A stretch of 63,464 nt of DNA, counting the filler, from Folioceros fuciformis (taxonomy: Eukaryota): NCBI GenBank assembly GCA_049999805.1. It is 9 parts of 9 records of this genome, joined end to end, with 100 filler letters (N's around TTAATTAATTAA, not from the genome) between each part and the next. Parts side by side here need not be neighbours in the genome. Positions count along the whole stretch, not along the records: positions 24,209 to 28,431 come from JBNGIO010001084.1; positions 28,532 to 42,607 come from JBNGIO010001086.1; 7 more parts are not named here. The stretch is one strand, 5' to 3'. Below are positions 24,800-37,148 of this stretch, piece by piece; the stretch's first letter is position 1; each line of letters opens with the position of its first letter. The notes beneath the pieces were generated by a model. That model was given only the letters and a program-made list of their open reading frames with translations. It was not told the DNA's origin and ran no database searches. The translations under genes and the position numbers were made by a program.

Positions 24800-26733
24800 G
24801 TGCATGTTCATGGGGGAATGCAACCTGAGGAGCATGGGACCAGTCCTCGTTACAAACTGAGATCTCGTGACATCCCTGGACAAAGCACCCCACCTAGACG
24901 TGCATACACACAATGGAGGAGGGCTTCCAAGAGGCAGGAGCAAGATCAGGAGTTTGTGGAAGTCAGTTTCGACCCCGACACTCCACCTTCAACAGTAAGG
25001 CCAGCAACCAGTTGGTCCCCATTTACAAGTTTCCTCATCTCTGAGCCTTCAACTTTGGAGGGAGAGTAGGCTCCATTTCAGAGCCAACTACTTGAGGAGG
25101 AGACATAGGGAGAGTTCTTGCTAGAGCAGTCCTTGGGCCATACACCCTTGGAGCAGCCCCACTTGCCAACTTGGGGTGGGCAGCCTTCAATTCACTCAGG
25201 CCTTAGATTTCCTCATCCAGGACAACCATACATCAGCCAGTCACGTACTGAGTATTCTGAAGACTCAGATGACATGGAGGGAGGAGCACCTTACAGGCAT
25301 GAGAGATTTTCAGGGAGGCCAGGTACACAGCCCCTACCGAGACTTCAGGTTATTTGTCAATGGCATGATCAGTAGGGTCAAGTTTAAACATGGTGCTGCG
25401 TACAGCCAGCTCTACATGTTTGAACAATTGGCTGGGCATCTAGCAGACGAGGCTCTAGACTTGTATGAGGTGCGCCAACTGAACTCACAGCAACGGTGGC
25501 TACACCTAACCCCTTGTTCTAGAATGCCTTGCAGCTAGCTTACAATGCCAAGCTAGCTAATGCAATTAATGCTCACCAGGCTGGTATTGCTGCAGGGAGC
25601 ATTTTGCAGCCACAGTGCAACCACCAACAGTGGTCAGCAGGTGTGGATGCTGACATCCTCAATGCCAACCCAGTGGAAGACTTTTTGGGAATTTTGGAAA
25701 AGGCTTTTTCCCTCAAGACACTTGAGAAGATTGCAGAGTTGTCAAGTTTTGCGCACAAGAAAGGTGAAACTGTTCAGATGACCATTCGTCGACTACAGAA
25801 ATTGTGAGAGGGTACAGGAATGCTAACAGACCAGGAGGCAACATAGAAATTCCTCACAGCGCTAAAAGGTGATCCACAAGCCTGGACATCTTGTGATTGT
25901 ATGCTTCCAGAAGCATTCGGAGCAAAGGCAATAGCAAGGGGGCACCACAAATGTTGCAAGGAGAGCTCCCACTTCCACTGATTCAAGCCCTTCAGCTACA
26001 GGCAATTCAGGAGTCTCACGCAGCAGATAGTAGCAAGAGAAAGCTAAGGCCAAGGTGGCTACTAATGCAGACAAGCTCACTTCACTGGAAGCAACCGTGG
26101 CTGCTCTTGCCACACAGGTGGGGGCACTTTCAGCTAGTATCTCTAATAGCGCAGCTACTTCCAAGCCAATTGGGACAGCCACACTGGTGGCATCACCAAT
26201 AGAGGATGATGAGGACTATGGGCTACCGCATGAGGCCTATACAGTAGATGTGGCAGCATCAGCGTCACAGCCAAGTTCCCCCCTGCCTTCTACATGGGTA
26301 GAACAAGACCTTCGGTGGTTGACCATGGCTGCAACAGCTGGATCTACTGGACTTGTCACACGACAGCGTGGGGCAAGGGCTGCCATGCCTCAGTCTTTCA
26401 CCCCCCTTCCTCCAGGAGCATCCATCCCAATTCGGGGACAGGATCACTTGGATGATGGACAACTAAATATGGCTGGTCCAGGGTTACAGGACAGGTTACC
26501 TATGCATACAGTGGGTGCCCGACCTATTCAGGCTGGGGGTCGATGTCATCTCTTGCCACAGGTGATGAGCACTGAGCAATTGGCCCAACGCTTGGCAAAT
26601 GTGCCGTTGTTTTCAGTTCAAGACATGGGCATCAGTCTTGGGCAGTTGAGACAGGCCTTGAGGAGTGGAGAATCAACAGCATTTTTCACAATGACTGCTG
26701 GAATAGCTGATACTGAACGGGCTGAAGGTTTGC
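24800..26733 (+). mobile_element. Decayed gag-like region, probably Ty3/Gypsy
   Basis: Frameshifted ORFs: ERFSGRPGT, EQLAGHLADEALDLYE, ELSSFAHKKGETVQMTIRRLQKL (retrotransposon gag-like major homology region), then a coiled-coil-like LTSLEATVAALATQV. Cut abruptly at 26734. Confidence 0.55.
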
Positions 26734-28431
26734 TGTGAACGAAAAAAACTTTAGGAATCCCCATTTTGAGCGACGGAATGAGCAGGTTGTGATTCTTTTT
26801 GTGAAGGGACAGGCGAATCGGCTTAGTAAGCGAGTAAGACCAGGGTGTTTATACCCAAAGTCCACCTTGGGCTTCGGGGTTTGGGGTGTACTGGAGATCG
26901 GGACAAGGAGGAAGGAGGAAGCAGCGAGTGCCTCCCTGACCCTCGAGTCCTTGAGAACATTAAGGTAGGCCAAAGTAAGGGCCAAGACGACGGGGCGACG
27001 GTAGCCGGCAAGGCAACCGTTGCCGGAGGAACGACTGGTGGTAGCCCGATGGGCGGTAAAAAGAGAAAGCAGGCAGGGTATAAAAACCCTAGAGAAAGGG
27101 GAGCTTTGTCCATTATCCGGAAGCGTGGGGAGCGGGAGTAACTTGAAGCGTAAAGTGGCTGAGGAAGGCGAAAGCCCCAGGACGACGGGACAGACGGCGC
27201 AGGACATAAGGGTCGAGCAGGCGCAGGGGAGTGGAAGACCTCCAAGGCGCGAGTGGTGGAGAGATCTGGGCGAACAGAGGAAGGGCCAGAGCGCGACCAG
27301 GACAGAAGAGTTCTGAGTCCGAGCGCGAGAGGAGGGGGACAGGCAGGATGAGGTCACGGCCTGAACTGATCCTTGGAGCAGCAGCCTCTAGACAGGAGAG
27401 GGGACCTCCTATCCCCCAAATCGACCTACTTCTGTGGCCCAACATGGAGCATTGGAGAGTCAGGGCAGGAAAATTGGTGGCAGAGCTTGGTCTGACTTTT
27501 ATGACCCAGAAGTGGAACCATGCAGCACCTCAGCTGGTCAGGGAGTGCGCCCTGAGGCTGATAGAGCCCGTACGCGAGGAGGGGATTAGAGGCAGACCCC
27601 AGGAATGGAACTTGGAGTTGGTCAGGAGGGTCTGCGGGCGCGACCAACAGGAGGAAGGGGGGCTGGTGCTGGAGTCCCTGAAGAGGCGTGGCGGAACAGG
27701 AGCGGCGGAAACACTGCTCAAGGCAGGCACGAGAAAGGAAGCGAACGGGTGGCTGGTGCGCGACATGGCAAGTCCCTAGCTGTTGGGATTGGCCAGGTGG
27801 TTCCTGAGCTTCTTCCGGGTATGCAAACAGGATTATCTGTCCGATCAGATGCTCCTGTTTGTGCATGAAGTAGTGAAGGGCACCAAGATCGACTGGGGAA
27901 GGATTTTATACACCCGGATGGATGAGGAGAGGCAGAACTTGATCCGACCCACCCCTGAACCTTCTATGATTTCCCCGTTTCTAATCCACGTGTACAGTTA
28001 CGCTAACGTGGTCACTGAGCTAGAAAGGCTGACCTCGCTGCACCTGTGAAAGCCAGTTCGTGATGTGAAGTGGAAGCCCGCTGAGCCAGTAAGGGCTGCC
28101 TCTAGTAGGTGGGAAGCTGACAGTGGGGATAGCTCGCAGGAGGAAACCCCAGCCAAGCCCAGGAAGAGGATGGCCCCACAAAAGAAGGCTCCCACCAGGA
28201 GGAAAAGGATAAGAGGACCAAGTGTGAGCATGGGGGCTGATCAGGAGGAAGGGGGGACAGCCCTGGAGCAGACAGGCCAGCAGGAGGGAGAACGAGAACC
28301 AGCTGTCCAGGGAATCGAGGACCGAAGGTTGGAGGAACAAGGTCAGGGTGAGACAAGACCCGAGGAGCCACGGGATCAGGTGATGGCAGCCGACACAGTT
28401 TCCTCCAGACAGGAGGATAAGTTAGGGCGCG
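26734..28431 (+). mobile_element. Nested element starting TGTGAAC, carrying a TATA box and a stop-interrupted accessory ORF (27348 to >28431)
   Basis: Sharp compositional change at TGTGAAC (same first 7 nt as the LTR at 36097); TATAAAA at 27079. ORFs 27231, 27783 and 28065 share one frame broken only by TAG 27777 and TGA 28047. Confidence 0.6.
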
Positions 28432-28531
28432 NNNNNNNNNNNNNNNNNNNNNNNNNNNNNNNNNNNNNNNNNNNNTTAATTAATTAANNNNNNNNNNNNN
28501 NNNNNNNNNNNNNNNNNNNNNNNNNNNNNNN

Positions 28532-30066
28532 AGTTGAGGATTTTTGCTCCACAGCTGAAAGTGAGGGGGACGAATCCATCGTTGCTGGAGTGGAAGGAGC
28601 ACCTCCTTTCCTTATTCCCTGAACGGCCAGTTGTGTTTTGCAGTGGAAAGTGAGGGGGACGAATCCACTGTTGCTGGAGTGGAGGGAGAGCTTCTCCTTC
28701 GCTTATTCCCTGAACGATTGGCTGCATTTTTAATCTGGAGTTGAAGAATGTGAGTTGAGAAGGAGTGTGTGAGAGAAGAGAGTGTGTTGAGAAGAAGAAG
28801 TGTTGGAGAGTGTGTGAGAGAAGAGCGTGAGTTGATAAGGAGAAGGAGGCTGAAAGAGTGAGTGAGCGGAGGAGTGAGTGAGGACTGATTTTGGTTCGTA
28901 GCTCAGGAGATGGGGACGAATCCACTGTTGCTGGTGTGGAGGGAGAGTTTCCTTGTTCCCTTATTCCCTGAACCATCATCTACGTACTGAATCTGGGGAG
29001 GAAGAGGAAGCTAAGAGACTGAGGAGAACTGAAGATTGCTGGAAGAATCGCTGAGAAACTGTTGGGAAAGACTGTTGAGGTTTGGACGAGATTGCTGGGG
29101 AATTTCCTAGGAATCCCTTGGTGTTTGTGGAGGACTGTGGGAGGTTGCTGATGTTGCTGGAAGTTTGCTGGAGAGCTGGAAACATTGCTGGAGAACTGAA
29201 GAGAAAACGGCTGAGAAGTTGCTGGAGAATGGAGGAAGAGTACTAAAGATTTGATGCGAATCTTGGAGAATTTCTACGAGATTTCGAAGTGTTTTTGAGC
29301 GGCTGTTGGAGCTTGGTGAAGCTCATGAGGGATTGTGAAGGATTTGCTAGAGATCTGAAGACATTGCTGGAGATTGAGACCCTTGGAGACTGGCCTGTGA
29401 AAATAACTATGAACCAGAGCTCTTGTGTGTGATTTGCATGTGTATGGAGTGTGCATGAGTATGTGGGGAGGTGTGGTTGATCCGCAAGGCTTTGTTTCCC
29501 AAGGATTAGCACTTGCATGTGTGTGGGGCATTCATTAAGCCCAGATTCGTGAGTCTGGAAGGCTTGGGCAGAAACCCGCTGAAACCCCGCGGCGGCGCTT
29601 GCGCCAGAAATAATAAACTAGGGTTTTTGGGTGGGACCCACCTCGGTAGGGGTCCCACAACGATCGTTGTGGGACCCACCATGATAGAGGAACCCACTAC
29701 CGTTGTGGAGACCACTGCCGCGGTTGTTAAGTAGCAACCGAGGTAGTAGAAGGGCCGTGGTTGTGGAGGCCTCTACCGGTAGTTGAAGGGTCAGTAGTTG
29801 TAGAGACCCCTACCTCGGTGGTGGAGTGAGAACTAGAGCTGTAGAGTAGGGTCTGTGGTAGCTAGGCCAACTGAGGGGTAGGGGTAGTTGAACCTGCAGG
29901 TAGTGGAGCTCGGGTAGTTGAAGTCCGACCTAGGTAGTAGTTGACTTTTAGAAGAAACCTGTGTTATTTGACACAAATCATTCCCTTGGGATGGAATCCC
30001 AATGCTATAACGACATGGAGGGTTTGTGTGGACCTCGCACCCCCGGGTGCAATATTTTCCCCCACA
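28532..30066 (+). mobile_element. 3' part of a long LTR with internal repeats, inserted into a Gypsy integrase
   Basis: A ~60-bp GGGGACGAATCCA...CTTATTCCCTGAAC unit recurs near 28565, 28655 and 28912. Ends ...TTTTCCCCCACA at 30066, immediately before integrase codons. Confidence 0.65.
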
Positions 30067-30849
30067 GGTTACTTCTAGGAATCATCCAGAGGCTGATGGT
30101 TTAGCGGCAAGGATAGTTCAAACATGTAGGAGAGCTCTGAGAAAAAGAAATGGGATAGGATGTTACCTTTCCTTCCAATGGGTTATAGGATGAGTAGACA
30201 GACGTCCTTGGGAAAGTTTTCACCTTACATGTTATTGTTTAGAGGAAGGCCACAATTGTTTGGGATGTTAGAAGATAAGGTGAACACCATCGTGGAGTTG
30301 GATGATCCCAATAAGTGGCTAAAGATAATCAGGCATAGGGCAAAGTTGTTTAAGAGGGTTATGTGTATGGCAATGGATAACTTGTTGATAGCTCAACATA
30401 GAAATGAGTTGAGATATAGGAAGACAAGGAGTGGTCATTTCAGACCTAAAATAAGGGAATTTGAAGTAGGGGATTATGTGTACTTGTAGATGAAGACATT
30501 GACAACAGTTAATACGAGTGCTAGTAAGATAATATTGAGGGTGAGGAGTGTGAAGCCAAATGGAGTCTTGGAGCTTGAAGGGAGGGATGGTACAACTTGT
30601 TTGGAACACATGAAAAATTGTGCGCTGTATCATTTGCCCCACTTGAATCCGGCGATTGATGTGCAAGATTTCATACCAAGAAAAGGATTTGCTTGTACAG
30701 GATGTGGAGACCCAAATAATGATCCTTGCATGTTGTTGTGTGTTAGATGCAATGATGGATGGCACACTTTTTGTCTGGAACTACCATGGGAGACGGTGCC
30801 TGATGGGCAATGGTTTTGTTCAATGTGTGCTACAATTGATACATTGTGA
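30067..30849 (+). mobile_element. Ty3/Gypsy integrase C-terminal half followed by a PHD finger (decayed)
   Basis: VTSRNHPEADGLAARIVQTCRRALRK, GYRMSRQTSLGKFSPYMLLF, FEVGDYVYL, then in frame past one TAG: CTGCGDPNNDPCMLLCVRCNDGWHTFCLELPWETVPDGQWFCSMC (C4HC3). Confidence 0.85.
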
Positions 30850-30994
30850 GAAAACACTATATTCGGGCTAAGATAGATTGAGGATGATGAGTGTAATGCA
30901 TTTGATGAGAAATTTTTGTTAATCTGTCTTGCCAATGAATGTTGGGCAGCAAATTAAGAGGGGGAGGTGATGACCCTCAGATTTATTATGTATT

Positions 30995-31292
30995 CACTCG
31001 CATCGAAAAAGAGGGAGCAGAGAAGTTGCTCCTTTCATCGATCTTGTGTGAAGTAAGCCACCAAAGAGTGGAATGATGACCAGTAGCCTTGGTGTGCACG
31101 ACGGGGAGGAAGCACTCAAGGGGAGGCATCTACGTATTATTAGTTGTGATCACCCACTCGCATCGAGGGAGAGGGAGTAGAGAAGCTGCTCCTTTTTCCG
31201 ATCTCATGTGAAGTAAGCCACCAAAGAGTGGAATGATTAGTAGTAGCCTAGGTGTGCACGATAGGGAGGAAGCACTGAAGGGGAGACATCTA
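30995..31292 (+). repeat. Tandem duplication (period 160 bp) in the retroelement 3' region
   Basis: CACTCGCATCGA...GTGAAGTAAGCCACCAAAGAGTGGAATGAT...AAGGGGAG(G/A)CATCTA at 30995-31132 and 31155-31292. Confidence 0.9.
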
Positions 31293-32681
31293 GTGTGCAC
31301 TATTGTAAGAATACACGTCTATGTTAACATAGGGGCTGGCCACCCCATATATACATGAATCCTTGTTAAGTATATACATATAAAGTATAAAATGATTAAA
31401 CAAGCTCAAGGTGAAAAGATGCAGATGTTGAAAGGCAAGATCTTGTCCAATGTGTGCTACAATTGATACATTGTGAAAAAAGCATTACATTTGAGCTAAG
31501 ATAGATTGAGGATGATGAGTGTAATGCATTTAATGAGCAATTTTTGTTAATCTGTCTTGCAACTTACTTTGTATTTTTTCCCCTATTCCCTTGACTTCTT
31601 CCACCCCTCCAGGATGTTGTGGAGACATTGCTCAACAGACGACTCCCACTCTTGAAGACGGTCCCTGTTTGAGCGACCGGGCTCTCTTTTCCCTCATCGG
31701 CCCTTCCACTTCGTCTCTGCTTCCTCTCACGGCACCTTGTCCGAATCGCATCAGGCTCTTGGAGGCCAACCTCCTCCACCCCGACGCACGGTCGCCCCCA
31801 TCCCTGCCTCCATCTTCGTCCTTTTCCTACGTTCTATGGTTGGTCGGAATTGTTCGTATATGTGTATATAGATATTTATACTTATATTTATGTCTATACA
31901 TTGTGGCTAGCCCCTATATTGATATAGGCATATATTATTGCAATGGTGCACACATGATGCCTCCCCTTGGGTGCTTCCTCCCATCAAGTTTCATGGTGTC
32001 AGTCCAACTTCATCTTACATCACATCATGACAAACTTTTTACACGTGTTGAATGTGCTGATGCAAATTTGTGACAAAAAGGCTTTGATTCAATTGTTCAT
32101 TTTGTCACAAGCTTTGCAATCAGTTATTGTTGACAACATATATTGAACGTCTGAAAGCTTTCAAAGCTGTTCTTTGCAAACTATCAAAAGAATGCTCGAC
32201 TACCTCTTACACACCCTTATATCGTTGTCATCAATCCATTCGCAACTACCTAGACAAGCATTATGAATTGGTACCAACTGTTCGTAAAGTTAACTTCCGA
32301 AATAAGTGTTCACCAATAAACCGTCTTTCTATTGTAACTTTTCATTTAGTCATTGTTTACTTGGGTTTAACGTGATGACTTTATTTTCCACGCACACCCA
32401 TTTTCCACTTCTTGTCGGCTTATATGAGATATATCCACACAATAAGCTCTAACGGATGCAACCCTAAACCTGAGGGCTTTCCAAGTCATCACAAGATCTT
32501 AAGTGGATAAACAAAATTTAATATTTATTTATTTATTTAGGTTCACAAAACACGGATGTGCATTTCTCTTTATGGTGGCGAGATATCATGCATGCATTAA
32601 CTTTTGAAAGAGCAAATAACTTACTTAAGATGCAACGTCTTCAATAAAAGTTATCCATTATTGAGATCATTTACAATTTGT

Positions 32682-33497
32682 TTAGCCTATGTGCTGTACT
32701 AAATTGTGGGCACTCAATCCGTATATTTGGTTTTTGAAATGCACGAATTCTCCTTTGTTGGAGATCTGCCGTTGGTCACGTAGTTTTTGAAATGCATGGA
32801 AAGTTAAGAGGGAATCTGAACCTGCCTGATGGCAAGTCCCCATCCTTTGCACACCTAGTGCTATTGCTAAGTTCCTTAAACTACTTGTCCATCTCATTAT
32901 GTATTTGATATCATATATAGTAGGAAAATATATAGCTAGACAAGAAAGAAATTTGTTCCTTGTTTGTGGTAGTTCTTGCCCTGTGATTGCCTTTAATAAG
33001 TAGGCAAAGTCATATGTTGGATGGAAACCAATCCATTGTAAAGTTGGATTACGTAATATATTAACATGTTGTAATAGCCATCCAAAATATTGTGCCCGTA
33101 TGCCCAATTCTCGATGTTGATCAAAATCCAAGCCACTAGAGTGTAGAAGATTAATACTGTCTTCTGCGTACATGTCTCGTTTGAGATCAATTTCAAAATT
33201 GAATTGCCATATCCAAGGTTGCCCTGTTTTGGGGCAATGAGGTAGTTTACCGTTTTCGTCCGCAAACGTAAGCCCAAGTTGAATTAATTTGAGTCTATCA
33301 ACATTTCCTTTCACCATCTCATATTCATAATCTTCGCAACTTCCAATTGGCACTATCACTGTTCCTGGGAATTCTGTATCGATTGATATGATACGGTAGT
33401 TGTTAATTACTCCAAACCGAATAAAATCAAGTTCTTGCCTTAGATTGAAAGCCCACACTTGTCGGATAAATGGTGCATTTGGTTGCGCGTGTGCCAT
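32682..33497 (-). CDS. CAF1: CCR4-associated factor 1 (CAF1/POP2) DEDDh deadenylase, intronless, 271 aa
   Basis: IRQVWAFNL, ISIDTEFPG, NVDRLKLIQLGLTF, WQFNF, YDFAYLLK, HQAGSDSLLT; all catalytic D/E/D/H/D residues present. Confidence 0.92.
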   Translation of the reverse strand: MAHAQPNAPFIRQVWAFNLRQELDFIRFGVINNYRIISIDTEFPGTVIVPIGSCEDYEYEMVKGNVDRLKLIQLGLTFADENGKLPHCPKTGQPWIWQFNFEIDLKRDMYAEDSINLLHSSGLDFDQHRELGIRAQYFGWLLQHVNILRNPTLQWIGFHPTYDFAYLLKAITGQELPQTRNKFLSCLAIYFPTIYDIKYIMRWTSSLRNLAIALGVQRMGTCHQAGSDSLLTFHAFQKLRDQRQISNKGEFVHFKNQIYGLSAHNLVQHIG

Positions 33498-35914
33498 GGT
33501 TGCCGTGCACGGTTAATGTTGAATGCTTTGATATTATACTTCAATTATAGGGCCAACAAACTGAGACGCATGTGGGGACCGCTCTGTAATGACCACGTCA
33601 CAAACAAAAGGAAACTTGTTCTTCCTAAATGAGGAAGGCTTTTGGTCAAGTTCGACCTGGCGGCGGGAGAGAAACGTTTGCCGTGTACGTAAACGAGAGT
33701 GTATGGGCACTCCAAGGATGAAGAGCAAAGAACCGACCTCCTTGGCCAAAGAAAACATGACATCAATTATAAAGCAAGCAAAGATCTATGTAAATAGGCT
33801 TTGTAGGCATATGTAGTAGGGTTTAATTGTGAAAACCCAAAGAAGGCAATGACATGACTAAATGCCTAATGAGAATCATAGCTTGCTCTAAGATGCGCTT
33901 AGCATTAATTATGTTGCTTGGAGCAAGTGTATATATAGTACAAAGGGTTATAGGTGATTGTAACCGATATAACAACTAACTTTTTAAGTAACTTGTTAAG
34001 AAACTAATTCTAGCCTTAGAAATTAATTAATAATTAATTCTAGGGATTTATAGGTACTCTAGCGAATAGTGTCCTAACTAGTCATATATTTTATCACTCC
34101 CACTCACTATGGGATGAGGGTGAGGTTAAGCTAAGAAAATAAGCTAAGTCTGCTTAAAAATATCTTGAATTAGAAAACTAAGGAGCTAAAGGAAAATCCA
34201 ACTTAAGTTTGTAGGTAGTCATTATTAAACAATTAATAAATGGCTATAAACGAAATAGAATAAAGGGGAAAATTTGGATACTTGGCTTATCCGAAATCCT
34301 CCAAATACGGGATATTGCAGCAGTTGCGTTACCGTAGTGCACTATGGTAGGAGCATGGTGCATCATATAGGATGCTTGTCAGGCCATCTCCATTTAGATT
34401 TTACAACAGTCTGTGGCAGTTGTGGATGTCCTTAGTGGCGCGTTTATGGTTATGCCGTTACACCTGCATCCTTGCTCACGCAAGCTTCTTTTGCCTCAAC
34501 CTGCCCTTGAATCGGCCAACCTCTGCTTCAGAGATCACTTGATGTCGTCCATGGACAGCTTCAATTCCCATAATCTCAGTAGGATAGGTGTTGAGGAAGC
34601 GTACATTCAAATGGTGAAGATACCTCCAGATTGGAGAGCCGGAGCCTCCATTGCATATACCTACAACCATGAGTGAGGAGAGGACACGGCCATCTACACG
34701 GGGCGTTTAGTAGCAGCGCCCGCTATGGCCATCATCATGTAACGGCTATTATCTCTTCATGCGCGCTCAACATGGATGGCGATGCGGCCTGTCTGTGGGG
34801 GCGCAACCTCCATCGCGGATGCCCTTGCCTGGGGTCCCTCCTTCTTCCATAACTTGTTTTTAAACCAATTGTCGGTTCATTTGTTATCCCGTTCATGATG
34901 CCCATGCATTTTTACACCTATAATATATCATTTGGGTATACTCGTGTTTGTGTGTCTACCTATCTTTTTTTCTAGAGGTATGTAGGGAAAGATGGGTTTG
35001 CATTATTTAGGTGTTATTGTATTTAGAAAAAAATAGTATTTGAATTAAATTGCAGTGATGATTGAAAATAATCAAGTGGAATAGGGTGTATAATGACCAT
35101 GAGGAAAAATATAAACAAAAGGCTGTATGAGATTAGAGAGAGATATGAGTTTAGGAATATGTAGAGTTTAGGTGATGCCTAAAACACCTAATTTATAGGA
35201 GCTGACCTCATGAGTATTTTTTTAATTGCAGGTATAGATGTTGGGTGAATGCATATGCATATTACATAAAGCCTCTAGCAAAAGTGATTATTACCGAGAA
35301 AAAATCCAAAAGATTTATGGAAAATTGCTATCCACGTAACAGGATTGCCTATGTGCCCTATGTGTGAAGAGTAAGTAAAACACACTCAAAACATTTATCA
35401 TAAGTGCTTGAGATGGAATTTAAAAGTAAGGATCTATTTTAGATTGATTATCTTTCTTATCAAAACTTGATTTAAATAATATCTCTTTGGGATCCCTATA
35501 GTTGGTAAATGAGAATGCTCTTACTTTGAAATAGAAAGAGGAGTTATTTGATGAAGACACAAGATTCTAGGTAATAAAATAGAAAGAGGAGGCATTTGAT
35601 GAAGACACAGGACTTTAGGTAATGATTTTGGGGTGCAATAATAATCAACTTCTTGTTGTGAGCTTAGGTTCCATGTAGCTTGTTATGATGAGCCGTTAGA
35701 GATTCAAGAGGAACTTGCCATCATGGACCAAACCTAGGGCTAGGATAAGAGGTTATTTTGCCCCTAAATACCTATATTAGGATTTTGTCTTAAGGTGGTT
35801 GGGACTTAATATCTAAAATGCCCAAACTTTCATATGTTTATTATGTAATTCCTGACCAAGGGATTTTGTTAATAAATCAGATGTTGTTTTGAAGAGTTGA
35901 CAGTTTGAACCGTC

Positions 35915-36096
35915 CCGGGATTCTATGATCAGTTTTCGATGGCCGAGGAACTGTTTCGGCTGGAAACCGATTCTACTGAATAAGCTGCCGATTTCAGGTC
36001 CGATTCCGTTAGTTGATCACACTTCTTCTCACCTCTTCCCTTTCTTCTCCCACTACTTATACTCCTCCCATGGAGGCAGGCCCAGCCACCAGCATA
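35915..36096 (+). mobile_element. Diverged fragment of the LTR family seen at window start (probably extends further left)
   Basis: Colinear blocks CCGAGGAAC, CTGAATAAGCT, TTTCAGG, CACCTCTTC and CAGCCACCA shared with 10-175. Confidence 0.7.
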
Positions 36097-36296
36097 TGTG
36101 AACCTCCAAAGTTTGGGGTAGTGGTTTGTTTGGGGTAGTGGTTTGTTTTGGTTGAAAAAGAGTTAATAGTGGTATTGTTTGGTTTTATTTTTTAATTTAT
36201 TTTCCCTTATTTTCTAGTCATTTTTCTTATATTTCTTTATGCTAATTAGATTAATTGACCAGTAAGTAAATAATTAGTTTGGTTATTAGGGTGAGG
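36097..36296 (+). mobile_element. Truncated copy of the TGTGAACC LTR terminus
   Basis: TGTGAACCTCCAAAGTTTGGGGTAGT...GGTTGAAAAAG.GTTAATAGTGGTA is the reverse complement of 20642-20831 and 54889-55078, with a small internal duplication. Confidence 0.8.
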
Positions 36297-37148
36297 GACT
36301 ACTGTTGGCAGATGATTCTAACAGTCAAAAAATGTTTGCTACCATCCCACGCTGGGCTGGATCCGATCCAGCCGCCCAAGCAACACATTCTTGGTGTCTC
36401 GACCCCTGTGCGAATTTCGTAGCCCAGAGAGGTGGTTTTTCGAAAGTCCCAGAATGGGCAAGGGAGACAAGAGTTGCAGGATAGTTAAGATTGGCCAGGA
36501 AGTGAGCCGATCAGCAGTGAGAACCTGGAACGAGTTCCAATCACTGGAATAGCGACTAGCAGCATTTGAGAAACAAAGGGTGGTAGACCTGTCCGAAACG
36601 GGAAGAGAGCGATGTAGCAACTTCCTTCTTCATCTTCCACACGGGCGGCCTTGACCAATGGGCTGTTGTTGATTATCTCGACAAAAAGTCCGGGCCCTGA
36701 ATATTCCAGGATGCATACCTCTTATGGCTTCGATTGCAGGGCAGTACAATAGGAGATCCTCCTCATCGTGCGCAATGGGAAGTCCTCAGATAGAAGGGCA
36801 TAACATTGACGCGCATACTTTAAAGAACACATTACCTCACTCCCGAGCCATGGCACCAGGTCCACTGTCTTGATTCTACGCACTACTAAGGGCATGCACT
36901 CCATTCAAGGTCTCACACACCTGAATAGCGCCCGCGTGTCGAACGAAGTTTGCTACTTTTGGCAGGAGATGGTAGAAACAAGTTTTCAGATGACCTCTCT
37001 CCAACTCGAAATTCCGAGCAATCGAACAGAAGCAGGTACAGGAACTCAGAATTCCAAGCTCTCAAACAGAAGCAAGTCGAGCCCCTGTGGCTCCCTATCA
37101 AAGACCGTTCGCTCCAGGCTTCACTGAAATCCATCGCACTCCCACCTT

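Noticed and set aside
34400..34850. GC-richer island in AT-rich DNA as a gene fragment
   Set aside because: The frames I read have stops and no recognisable motif.
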